64,000 nucleotides of DNA, from the NCBI GenBank assembly GCA_041687695.1, contig JAWLBL010000005.1, positions 217,597-281,596 of the forward strand, given 5' to 3'. The position numbers and the translations under genes are program-made. This document shows positions 33,473 to 43,200 of the stretch, piece by piece. The first letter of the stretch is position 1, and each line of letters begins with the position of its first letter. The notes below the pieces were generated by a model that did no database searches, was not told the DNA's origin, and was given only the letters and a program-made list of their open reading frames with translations. Source of the stretch: Myxococcota bacterium. GTDB lineage: Bacteria > Myxococcota_A > UBA9042 > PHBI01 > JAWLBL01.

Positions 33473-33689
33473 CAGGGTCATCGCAAAGTCCGTCGAGCGT
33501 TGCGCGCAGCGAGCTGCGCGACCCACGAGCCCCAGCGAGCTGGGGCAGTCCGTCAACACTCGCCGCCACGAATCCACCGCGGAGTCCGACGACCGGACTG
33601 CACGAGCTCGCTCGTGCTCCGGCCTAGCGCGGCTCGCCGCGCTGAATGCGAGGCGTGGCGAGCCCATTGGCGACTTTGCGACCGCCCTG
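33473..33689. mobile_element. MITE-like element (217 bp) carrying four REP-like hairpins
   Basis: 18-bp imperfect inverted ends CAGGGTCATCGCAAAGTC / GACTTTGCGACCGCCCTG; 10-bp direct repeat GCCACGGCCG at 33463-33472 and 33690-33699. Confidence 0.8.
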
Positions 33690-33767
33690 GCCACGGCCGT
33701 GTGGGGGCTTGGCGCCGCCAGCGGGTCCGCGTAGATTGCGCCGCGAACCCACTCCAGGAGCCGCCCC

Positions 33768-34004
33768 ATGTCAGACGCCCCCACCACCACCGACCGCGAC
33801 GTCGAGCGCCAGACCAGCAAGGCCGACTTCATCGCCACCCTGCGCCGCCTCGCCGACACGCTCGAAAACGGCGAGCCGTTCCGCATCCAGGTGGTCGGCA
33901 AGCGCTTCGTGGTGCCCGCCGACGCCGAGCTGTCCATCGAGCACGAGGCCGAGGACGGCGAGCACGAGCTCGAGCTGCAGCTCAAGTGGACCGAGCGAGG
34001 CTGA
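33768..34004 (+). CDS. Amphi-Trp domain protein
   Basis: LRRLADTLE...FRIQV...SIEHE...ELELQLKW. Confidence 0.85.
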   Translation: MSDAPTTTDRDVERQTSKADFIATLRRLADTLENGEPFRIQVVGKRFVVPADAELSIEHEAEDGEHELELQLKWTERG

Positions 34005-34019
34005 GATCCGCTCGGAGCG

Positions 34020-35777
34020 TCAGGCCGCGTCGGCGCGCAGCTCGCTCGACCGACGCGGCAGCTCGACGACGAAGCGGGTCCCGACGCCCACCCGCGAGTC
34101 GACGCGCACGGTGCCGCCGTGCTCCTCGGCGATGCGGTGGACGATGGCCAGGCCCAGCCCCGTGCCGGTGGCCTTGGTCGTGAAGTAGGGCGTGAACAGG
34201 CGCTGCAGCGTCTCGTCGTCCATGCCGGGTCCGGTGTCGGTCACGACCAGCCGCGCCCGGTCCCCCGGCCGCGCCTCGACCCGCACCTCGAGCCGCCCGC
34301 CCGCGCCGTCAACCCGGCCCTGCATGGCCTCGATGGCGTTGAGGACCAGGTTCATCAGCGCCTGGCGCAGCTGGTCGGGGTCCAGCACCGCCATCAGCGA
34401 CGCCGCGCCCGACGCCGTCATCTCGACCTCCGGCGCCGTCCCGGCGTGCAGCGACACGACCTGACGGGCGACCTCGGCCACGTCCGTAGGCACGCGCTCG
34501 GGCGCCGGCATGCGCGCGAAGTCGCTGAACTCGGTCACGATGCGCTTCATCCGGTCGACCTCCTCGAGGATGGTCGCGGTCGACTCGTCGAAGATCTCCT
34601 CGAAGTCCGGGTGCTTGCGGCGCCAGACCTTCTGCAGCGTCTCGATGGACATCTGGATGGGGAACAGGGGATTTTTGATCTCGTGGGCGATGCGCCGCGC
34701 GATCTCCCGCCAGGCGGCCACGCGCTCGCTCTGGCGCAGCCGCTCCTCGCCCTCGGCCAGCTCGGACGCCATCTGCCCGAAGGCGCGCGTCAGCTGGGCC
34801 ACCTCGTCGCGCCCCTTGACGGCGGGCAGCGTCGGCGCGCGCGAGCCGGCGGCCACCTCGGTCGCGGCGGCGGCCAGGCGCTCGAGCGGCCGCGACAGCC
34901 GGCGCGAGATCCAGACCCCGGCGACGAGGGCCAAGAGCGCGCTGCCGCTCGCCAGGACGCCGGCCGTCAGCCACAGCTGGCGGAGCAGATCCGTCAGCCC
35001 GGCCCGGCTGACGTACACGCGCAGGGTCGCCACCGGCTCGTCGTCGCCGGGGTTGGTCAAGGTCGTCTCGGCGACGTGGTAGCCCTCGGCCGAGCCCGGC
35101 GGGGCCGCGCCCTCGAAGGTCGCCGCCACGCGCTCGCCGCGCACGTCCAGGGCCACCGCGGCCTCGTCGCCGGCCGAACCGACCAGCAGCGCGCCCACCA
35201 GCTCCTCGTCCAGCAGCCGCCCGCCGACCAGCGCCACCCGCGGGCTCGCCAGCCGCACGACCTGCAGCGTCCAGACCCGGTCGGCGGTCCCCGTCTCGCG
35301 GTTCTCGAGCCGCTCGGTGCGCAGCAGCGGCGTCTGCGGGTGCTCGCGCGCGATGCGGACCGCCTCCTCGTCGGGCGGCTCCTCGCCGCGCCGGTGGCCC
35401 ATCGCGACCACGCGGCCGCCCCGCTCGAGGTCGACGAGGCGCAGCGTGTCCACCGCCGGCGACGTGATGAGGCGCTCGGCCTCGCGGACGATGGCGCGCT
35501 CGCGCTCCTGGTCGCCGTAGAACTGCTCGCGGGCGAGCGGCTGCAGCAGCTCCGTCTCGAGCAGCGGGTCGGCGGCCATGCGCGACAGCGCCTGCGACAG
35601 ATCCCGGGACACCTGGTGGAAGCGGCCCGCCACGACCGCCGCGAGCGAGGCCCGGCGCTGCTCGAGCGACTCGGCGAAGGTCGTCTCCATGCGGTCGGTC
35701 AGCAGCCAGACGGCGGCGCCGAGCGGGAACCAGGCGAGGAGCAGGAACATCAGGACGAGGCGGGTCTGAAGGCGCAT
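34020..35777 (-). CDS. HAMP sensor histidine kinase (NtrY-like)
   Basis: 2 TM, HAMP (GRDEVAQL), AWREIARRIAHEIKNPL, NLVLNAIEA, PYFTTK, GTGLGL. Confidence 0.93.
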   Translation of the reverse strand: MRLQTRLVLMFLLLAWFPLGAAVWLLTDRMETTFAESLEQRRASLAAVVAGRFHQVSRDLSQALSRMAADPLLETELLQPLAREQFYGDQERERAIVREAERLITSPAVDTLRLVDLERGGRVVAMGHRRGEEPPDEEAVRIAREHPQTPLLRTERLENRETGTADRVWTLQVVRLASPRVALVGGRLLDEELVGALLVGSAGDEAAVALDVRGERVAATFEGAAPPGSAEGYHVAETTLTNPGDDEPVATLRVYVSRAGLTDLLRQLWLTAGVLASGSALLALVAGVWISRRLSRPLERLAAAATEVAAGSRAPTLPAVKGRDEVAQLTRAFGQMASELAEGEERLRQSERVAAWREIARRIAHEIKNPLFPIQMSIETLQKVWRRKHPDFEEIFDESTATILEEVDRMKRIVTEFSDFARMPAPERVPTDVAEVARQVVSLHAGTAPEVEMTASGAASLMAVLDPDQLRQALMNLVLNAIEAMQGRVDGAGGRLEVRVEARPGDRARLVVTDTGPGMDDETLQRLFTPYFTTKATGTGLGLAIVHRIAEEHGGTVRVDSRVGVGTRFVVELPRRSSELRADAA

Positions 35778-35781
35778 CGAC

Positions 35782-37206
35782 TCAGCGGCCCGCGGGCGGC
35801 GTGAAGGCGTCCGGCAGCTCGGGCAGGCCCGTGGGGGCCTCGGGCAGCGCGAGGCCGAGGTCGGCGCGCGCGTGGAGCGGCAGGGCGAGGTGGAGGATGG
35901 GCACCAGGAGGGCGTCGGTGGCGACCGTCCGCGCCCAGTCGCGGGTCTTACCGGCGGGCGAGGTGGTCATGGCGGCGGCGGGCGTCAGCCCCGGGATGGC
36001 GAAGGCCTCGGCGGCCTCGAGCGCGGCCTCCCAGGGGGCGGTGGCGGTCCAGGGGTGCACGACCAGCGCCAGATCCCACTCAGGGGCGCGGGCCTGGACG
36101 GCGCCGTCGCGCGTCAGCCCGGGCACGCCGATGGCGCGCGTGCGGACGCCGCTGGACGTGACCGCCAGCGGCCCCAGCGTGTCGCGCAGGGCGCGCCCCA
36201 GCTCCTCGAGCGCCGCGTCGCCCGCCGGATAGGCGACGGTCAGCGACGGCAGCGACGGGACGGCCGTCGGAGGCGCCATCGCTCGATCACCGGGCGCCAG
36301 CGCCGCAGGCCACGGGCCGCTCGCCGGCTCGGCGCGCCAGTCGACGTGGCGCTGTAGCCGCGCGTCGGCCGCCAGCTTGGCGATGGCGCGTCGCAGGTCG
36401 CGCCCCTCGGCGCCGCGGTGGCGCGGGTGCATCACGGCGAAGACGGTGGCGCGCGGGCCCGCGGCGGCGCGCCTGGCCTTGCGGTAGCGGGGGCTGGTCA
36501 GCAGGCTCAGGTCGAGGTCGCCGAAGACGAAGGCCTCGACCTCGTCGGTGGGGCGCGGCGCGAGGCGGAGCTGGACCCGGTCGACGAAGGGGCGGCCCAG
36601 CGGGTGGCCGGCGAAGGCCTCGAGGGTGAGGCCACGCGCGTCGGAGGCGCCGGGGGCGTAGGGACCGCAGCCCCGGCCGGCGCCGGGGCGGCCGTCGCGC
36701 AGCACGGCGGCCTCGTCGCGGGAGAGCAGGTGCAGGACGGCGTCGCGCGGGGCGCCGGGCGGGGCGGTGACGCGGAGCGTGGTCGGGTCGACGGCCTCGA
36801 AGGCCATGGCGGCGAAGGCGGCCCGCAGCGGGGCCCCGACGCGCGGCTGGCCCAGGCGGGTGAGGCTGCGGGCGACGTCCGCGGCGGTGATGGGCGCGCC
36901 CGAGTGGAAGGTGGCGCCGTCGCGCACGGCGAGGGTCAGCGTGCGGCCGCTCCAGCGCCCGGCGTCGCGGGCCAGCTCGGGGACGGGCGCGCCGCCGGGG
37001 GCGCGCCGGAACAGGCGGCAGTGGGCGAGGCTGGCCTGCAGGCGCTGGCCCGGGTCGGAGGCGCGGTGCGGGTCGAGGACGCCGGAGACGTCGCGCGCCG
37101 GCAAGGTCAGGGCGCCTCCGTAGGGGCGGCGGCCGGCGGCGTCGGCTGGTTCGGGCGTGGTGGACAGCAGCGCGGCGCTGGCCGCGAGGAGCAGGGCGCG
37201 CCTCAT
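35782..37206 (-). CDS. Family-5 (Opp/Dpp-like) extracytoplasmic solute-binding protein, divergent
   Basis: Signal peptide; RPYGGAL, LDP, VPELA, VRDGATFHSGAPITAADVARSL, GCGPY, GRPFVDRV. Confidence 0.75.
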   Translation of the reverse strand: MRRALLLAASAALLSTTPEPADAAGRRPYGGALTLPARDVSGVLDPHRASDPGQRLQASLAHCRLFRRAPGGAPVPELARDAGRWSGRTLTLAVRDGATFHSGAPITAADVARSLTRLGQPRVGAPLRAAFAAMAFEAVDPTTLRVTAPPGAPRDAVLHLLSRDEAAVLRDGRPGAGRGCGPYAPGASDARGLTLEAFAGHPLGRPFVDRVQLRLAPRPTDEVEAFVFGDLDLSLLTSPRYRKARRAAAGPRATVFAVMHPRHRGAEGRDLRRAIAKLAADARLQRHVDWRAEPASGPWPAALAPGDRAMAPPTAVPSLPSLTVAYPAGDAALEELGRALRDTLGPLAVTSSGVRTRAIGVPGLTRDGAVQARAPEWDLALVVHPWTATAPWEAALEAAEAFAIPGLTPAAAMTTSPAGKTRDWARTVATDALLVPILHLALPLHARADLGLALPEAPTGLPELPDAFTPPAGR

Positions 37207-38711
37207 CGAGCGACCGGGGCCAGGATGGCCAGCCGCGCCGCCGCGCCGTCCCAGGAGGCGAGGACCAGCTCGTCGTAGCCGTCGCGGTCGACGTCGCCGG
37301 CCGCGATGGCGGTGACCGGCGCGGGCGACCGGCCGCGCCACAGGACCTGCGGGGCGGCGCCGTCGCGGCCCAGGGTCATCAAGGTCAGGGCGTCGGGGCC
37401 GTCGAGGGCCGTCGAGGTCGCCAGCAGCTCGGGGGTGCCGTCGGCGTCGAGGTCGACCAGGGCCGAGGCGGCGCCGTGGCCGGACAGGGACAGCGCCTGG
37501 TCCGGGTGGGCGGCCGAGCGCAGGCGGAGCTGGCCGTCCAGGTGGGCGGCCGCCAGGACCGGCGTCCAGGACGGCGAGAGCGTGCCGTGCAGGGGCCAGG
37601 CGCGGAGATCCCAGGCCGGCGTGAGGCGCGCCAGGGGCGCGGGCGCGGGGCCGCCGAGGGTGGTCAGCGCGGCGGGGCCGTCGAGGGCGTCGCGGCCGGC
37701 GGGCCAGGGGCCGGTGACCAGGGTGTCGACGCCTGCGGCGTACAGCGGCCAGGCGCCGTCGGGCAGCGGCGCGCCGGCCGCCGCGGGGGACGCGTCGAGC
37801 GGCTCGAGGCCGGCGGGCGTCAGGCGCAGAGCCACGGCGCGGGCGCGGTCGCTGGAGGCGGCGACCAGGGCGCGGGTGCCGTCGCGGCGGACGAGCACGG
37901 CCAGGCGGCCGACCGGGTGGCGGACGCGGGCGGGGTTGGGCGGCAGGTGGAGCAGCGAGGCGCGGGCGCGGGGCGGGCCGAAGCCCGAGGGGCCGGCCCA
38001 GGTGGCGGCGAGGACCTCGGTCGGGTGGAGCGTGAGCAGCTCGGGGACGCCGTCGCCGTCGAGGTCGTCGACCAGCAGATCGAGGACGGGCCCGGCCGGG
38101 GCGGCGTCGCCGGGGCGGGCGGCGAGCGGCACGAGGCGGAAGCGGTCGAGGCGGGCGATGCGGGGGCCGAGGCCGAGCAGGGTGCGCAGCTCGAGGTCGA
38201 TGGGGGCGGCGGCGAAGGCGGTGGCGACGACGTGGCCGGCCGGGGCGCGCAGGTGCTCCCACAGGGTGGCGGGCCGCGAGACGGCGCGCAGGGTGGCCGA
38301 GAGCTGGGCCGCGTCGACGGCGATGGCGAGGTCGACGCGCAGGGGGGCGGGGGCGTCGGGCGCGAGGCGGGCGCCGAGGTCCGGGTGGTGGCGGCGGAGG
38401 GCGGCCTCGAGGGTGTCGGCGGCGAAGGCGGCCAGGCGCGCCGGGGTGGCGCGGCCCGGGGCGCCGGTGACCGTGACTTCGAGCGCGTAGGCCCCGGACA
38501 GGGCGGCCGGGGCGAGGCCTCGGGCCAGGTGCTCGGCCAGCGTGGCCGTGGACGAGGGCGGCGCGACCGGGAAGGGCAGCGTCGCGAGATCGGCCGGCAA
38601 CACCGCCGGCGCCAGCGGGGGCTGCGCGGCGACGGGCCCGGAGGCCACCGCGGCCGCGGCGGCGAGCGCGGCGACCAGACGTCTCGTGGAGCCAAGGGGC
38701 CGGTCCGACAT
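37203..38711 (-). CDS. Secreted FG-GAP/VCBS-repeat protein
   Basis: Signal peptide; DLDGDGVPELL, DLDADGTPELL, GDVDRDGYDELV; its stop overlaps the next gene's start. Confidence 0.75.
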   Translation of the reverse strand: MSDRPLGSTRRLVAALAAAAAVASGPVAAQPPLAPAVLPADLATLPFPVAPPSSTATLAEHLARGLAPAALSGAYALEVTVTGAPGRATPARLAAFAADTLEAALRRHHPDLGARLAPDAPAPLRVDLAIAVDAAQLSATLRAVSRPATLWEHLRAPAGHVVATAFAAAPIDLELRTLLGLGPRIARLDRFRLVPLAARPGDAAPAGPVLDLLVDDLDGDGVPELLTLHPTEVLAATWAGPSGFGPPRARASLLHLPPNPARVRHPVGRLAVLVRRDGTRALVAASSDRARAVALRLTPAGLEPLDASPAAAGAPLPDGAWPLYAAGVDTLVTGPWPAGRDALDGPAALTTLGGPAPAPLARLTPAWDLRAWPLHGTLSPSWTPVLAAAHLDGQLRLRSAAHPDQALSLSGHGAASALVDLDADGTPELLATSTALDGPDALTLMTLGRDGAAPQVLWRGRSPAPVTAIAAGDVDRDGYDELVLASWDGAAARLAILAPVAR

Positions 38712-38853
38712 GGCCGCACACATACCGGAAGCCGCGCGCGCCGTCACGCGAGGGCCACGCCCGGGCCGGCGACGCCGCCGGAGAACCGATCCCCCTTCGG
38801 TTGGCGCCTCTCCACTCCTCGCCAAGGGGTTCGCCACCCCGGCCGGCGTCCCC

Positions 38854-40017
38854 TCACCCCTCGACGTTCGAACCACCCGCCGTCCCAACCCCTCCACCCC
38901 CTCGGCTGACGGCCCCGCCCCCGGTCGGGAGGGCGTCGGGGGGCTCCGTCACGGCCATCCTGGCCGCGGTGGGGGAGCCGTCGAGGCGCCGGACCTCGGC
39001 CAATAGGGCGTCGAAGGGGAACAGGTCGGCCGTCGTGTAGACGCCGGGGGGCGGCGCCGCGGTGCGTTGCAGCAGCAGGCTGGCGGCGGCGCCGACCCCG
39101 AGGGCGGTCGCCTGCTGGCCGTCGGGGAAGGCGGCGAGGACGGCGGCCTCGTCAGGGGCGCCGAGGTTGGCGACGGCGGTCAGCTGGACCCGCGAGCCGA
39201 CGCGACGCAGCAGGATCGCGCGCATCAGGCGCAGCGACAGGCCGGTCAGGGCCAGCGCGGGGCGGCGCAGCGGGCCGAGGCGCGGCAGGAGCGCGGCGAG
39301 GAGCTGGAAGTTGAAGCGGAGCGCGCCGGGGATGAGGGCCATGGCGGCGCGGACGGTCGGGACGCCGGTGGCGCGGGCGACGAGGGCCACGTCAGGCAAC
39401 GCGAGACCCACGGCCGGGCGGCGGCCGGCGCCGAGGAACGGCAAGGGGCGGGCGGGTCCCAGCAGCGGCCCTTGGCGGCGGCCGCCGTCCTGGACCCAGC
39501 AGCAGGGCGTCTGGAGGCTGCGCAGCATGAGGTCGCAGTTGCCGGGGCCGGCGCCGGACAGGGGCGACAGGCGCACGCCGAGGTCGAGGGTGCGGCATTC
39601 GGCGACCAGACCGGCGGCCGCGGCGGCCAGGGCGGTGCTGAGGCCCGGGAACACGCCCACCCCGACCAGCAGCGTGCCGCGCGCGCCCCGGTCCGGCAGG
39701 GCGAGGAGCCGCTCGGTCGTGGTCGGGTCGGCGCCCATCTCGAGCAGGGTCAGGCCCTGGGCGAGGCACCAGGCCGCCAGCGCGTCTGGCGGGGCGTTCA
39801 CCGTGTCGGAGGCGTTGACCACCAGGTCGAAGCCGCGAAGCCGTTGAAACGTCTCGGGGTCCCGCACATCGACCCTCACCCCGCGCGGACCCGTGGCGCC
39901 GCGGCCCGCGACGTGCACCTCGGCGCCCTCCAGCCGCGCCAGGACGGCCGCCACGCGGGCCCCGTAGTAGCCGCTCCCGCCGATGACCAGCACCCGCCGA
40001 GTCGAGGTCGTGTCCAT
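38854..40017 (-). CDS. Saccharopine-dehydrogenase-like NAD(P)-binding oxidoreductase
   Basis: VIGGSGYYG Rossmann motif, GVGVFPGLS, PGVY. Confidence 0.7.
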   Translation of the reverse strand: MDTTSTRRVLVIGGSGYYGARVAAVLARLEGAEVHVAGRGATGPRGVRVDVRDPETFQRLRGFDLVVNASDTVNAPPDALAAWCLAQGLTLLEMGADPTTTERLLALPDRGARGTLLVGVGVFPGLSTALAAAAAGLVAECRTLDLGVRLSPLSGAGPGNCDLMLRSLQTPCCWVQDGGRRQGPLLGPARPLPFLGAGRRPAVGLALPDVALVARATGVPTVRAAMALIPGALRFNFQLLAALLPRLGPLRRPALALTGLSLRLMRAILLRRVGSRVQLTAVANLGAPDEAAVLAAFPDGQQATALGVGAAASLLLQRTAAPPPGVYTTADLFPFDALLAEVRRLDGSPTAARMAVTEPPDALPTGGGAVSRGGGGVGTAGGSNVEG

Positions 40018-40205
40018 GGGCCCAAGCTACCCGCTCCGGAGGCGGACCGCCACCGCGCCTTGTACGGCTCGCGGCCGAGGCCTCGCGGGCGACTTGCGAG
40101 TCGGGCGGGTCGGGAGTAGACCGGTCGCGGCGTCCGCGCGTCCATAGGCCGCGTTCGCTCGCCCGCCGCGGCTCCGCCGCTGGGCGCCCGTCCCTGGAGA
40201 CCCTC

Positions 40206-43200
40206 ATGAACGTCCATCGGATCTCGCGCGCGCTCGCGCTCCTGACCGCCCTCGCCCTCGCCTCGTGCGCCCACCCCTCGCCCGGCGCGGGCGGCCCCGA
40301 CCCCGGCCCGGCCGGTGGCGAGCGCTCGACGGAGCCCTCCGGGCCAGGCGCCCCCGCGGGGGCCAAGGAGGTCAAGGTGCCCGCACGGAAGGGATTCTTC
40401 TTCAGCGTCGCCGAGGGCGCCGCCGAGGCGTCGGCCCTCGACCGCGCCCCGGTCGCCGCCGCCAACCCGCTGCCCGACGCCGACACGCAGCGCCTGCTGC
40501 AGCGGCTGCCGGCGGTCGCCGAGCAGGCCACCGACCAGAAGGACTTCGCCCTGCGCGAGCGCAGCCTGCCGGCGCCGAAGACTGGAGACGTCATCGCGAC
40601 CACCTTCCCGCCGCCGCAGCGCCCCGAGGGCCCCCCGGCCGCCGCGCCCGGGCCGCTCGAGGTGCTGCGCGCGCAGCCCGAGGGCGAGGTCCCGCTGGCC
40701 CCGAACCTGAGCGTCACGTTCAACCAGCCGATGGTGGCCGTGACCTCGCACGACGACCTCGCCAAGCAGCCCGTCCCGGTGAAGGTGACGCCGGCGCTCG
40801 AGGGCGCCTGGCGCTGGGTCGGCGCCAAGACGGCCGTCTTCGAGCCCGACACACGCTTCCCGATGGCGACGGTGGTCGACGTCGAGGTCCCCGCCGGCAC
40901 CCAGTCGGCCACTGGCGGCACCCTGGCCGCCGCGCACACGTTCCAGTTCGCGACCCCGCCGCCGCGCGTCCTCCGGTCGTCGCCCAACCACGGGCCACAG
41001 CGGCCCGACACGGCCATGCTGGTCGCCTTCGACCAGCGCATCGAGCCCGACGCCGTCCTGCCGACCATCACCGTCGAGGCCGGCGGCAACGCGCGCGCCG
41101 TGCGGCTGCTGACCGAGGCCGAGGTCGAGGCCGACGAGCACCTGGCCCGGCTGGTCGCCGACCTCGAGCCGGGCCGCTGGCTGGCCTTCCGCGCGGTCGA
41201 GCCGCTGCCCACCGACGCCCAGGTCACCGTCAAGGTCGGCCCCGGCACGCCGTCGGCCGAGGGCCCGCGCAAGACCACGGACCCGCAGACCTTCTCGTTT
41301 CGCACCTACGGCCCGATGAAGGTGGTCGAGCACCGTTGCGGCTGGGGCCAGTGCTACCCCGGCCAGCCCTGGCAGATCCGCTTGACCAACCCCATCGAGG
41401 CCAAGGACTTCGACGTCTCGATGGTCACGGTCACCCCCGAGGTGAAGGGGCTGCGCGCCGACGTGTCCGGCCAGTGGCTGAACCTGCGGGGGCGCACCAA
41501 GGGGCGCACGAAGTACGAGGTGCGGCTGGCGCCGGGGCTGCCGGACGTGTTCGGGCAGACGCTGGGCAAGAGCGACCCGCTGACGTTCCAGGTCGACGCG
41601 GCGCGGCCCACCCTGTCCGTGCCCGGCGACACGCTGCTGGTGCTGGACCCGCAGGCCAAGGCGCGCCTGTCCATCTTCAGCATCAACCATCGGGACGTGC
41701 GGGTGCGCGCCTGGAAGGTCGAGCCGTCGCACTATGGGGCGTGGCTCGAGTTCCTGCAGAAGCGCTGGCGTGACGAGGGCCCCAAGGAGCCGCCGGGCCG
41801 CCGGGTGATGGACGAGGTGGTGAAGCTGTCGGAGGCGCAGGACGAGCTCATCGAGTCGCGGCTGGATCTGTCCAAGGCGCTCGACGGCGGCTCGGGGCAG
41901 GTCATCGTCAGCGTCGAGCCCACGCTGAGCCTGAAGAACCTGTGGGAGAAGCGGCGCGCGACGCACTACCGCTGGGTGCAGGCGACCCGGATGGGCATCG
42001 ACGCGGTGGTCGACGGCGACGAGGCGCTGGTGTGGGTCAACGCGCTCGGGGACGGGACGCCGCTGGCGGACGTCGAGGTGGGCATCGAGCCGGGCGGGCC
42101 CAAGGGCAAGACCGGGGCGGACGGGCTGGCGCGGCTGCCGCTGCCCAAGGGGTCGCCCGGGCGTCAGGTGCTGGTCGCGCGGCGCGCGGCGGACGTGGCG
42201 TTCCAGCCCGAGAGCCAGCACCTGTGGGACTCGGGCGGGAGCTGGGTGCGCCAGCAGCCGCGGGACTCGCTGCGCTGGTACACCTTCGACGACCGCACGA
42301 TGTACCGCCCCAAGGAGGAGGTGCACCTGAAGGGCTGGCTGCGGCGCGTGCAGGGCGGCGAGCGCGGCGACACGGTGGCCGTGGGGGACGCGGCGCGCAC
42401 GGTCGACTGGCGGGTGAGCGACGCCCGGGGCAACGAGGTCCGCAAGGGCACGGCCAAGGTCAACGCCCTGGGCGGCTTCGACGTGAAGTTCGATCTCCCC
42501 GACACGGTGAACCTGGGCTACGCGACGGTCCACATGACCGCGTCCGGCGAGGGCGAGGTCACCGGCGACCGCTTCTCGCACGGCTTCCAGGTCCAGGAGT
42601 TCCGGCGCCCCGAGTTCGAGGTCGGCGCGAGCGCCAGCGACGGGCCGCACTTCGTCGGCGGCCAGGGCACGGCGAGCGTCAGCGCGACCTACTACGCCGG
42701 CGGCGGGCTGCCGGGCGCCGAGGTCACCTGGCAGGTGCGCTCGCAGCCGGGCCACTTCAGCCCGCCCAACCACGGCGAGTTCACCTTCGGGCGCTGGACG
42801 GCCTGGTGGTGGCACGGGGGCGACGAGGACGGCGGCGAGTTCGGCCACCGCTCGTTCACGGGCCGCACCGACGGCGCCGGCAAGCACACGGTGCGCGTGG
42901 ACTTCGAGGGCGTCAGCCCGCCGCGCGCCGTGTCGGTGACCGCCGAGGCCAGCGTGATGGACGTCAACCGGCAGGCCTGGAACGCGTCGACCAGCATGCT
43001 GGTCCACCCGGCCAGCCACTACGTCGGGCTCAAGGCCGTGCGCAGCTTCGTCCAGGAAGGCGAGCCGCTCGAGGTCGACGCGGTCGTGGCGGACCTCGAC
43101 GGACAGCGCCAGGAGGGGCGGCCCATCGCGATGACGGCCGCTCGCCTCGAGTGGGTGCAGGAAAAGGGCGAGTGGAAGCAGAAGGCCGTCGAGACGCGTG

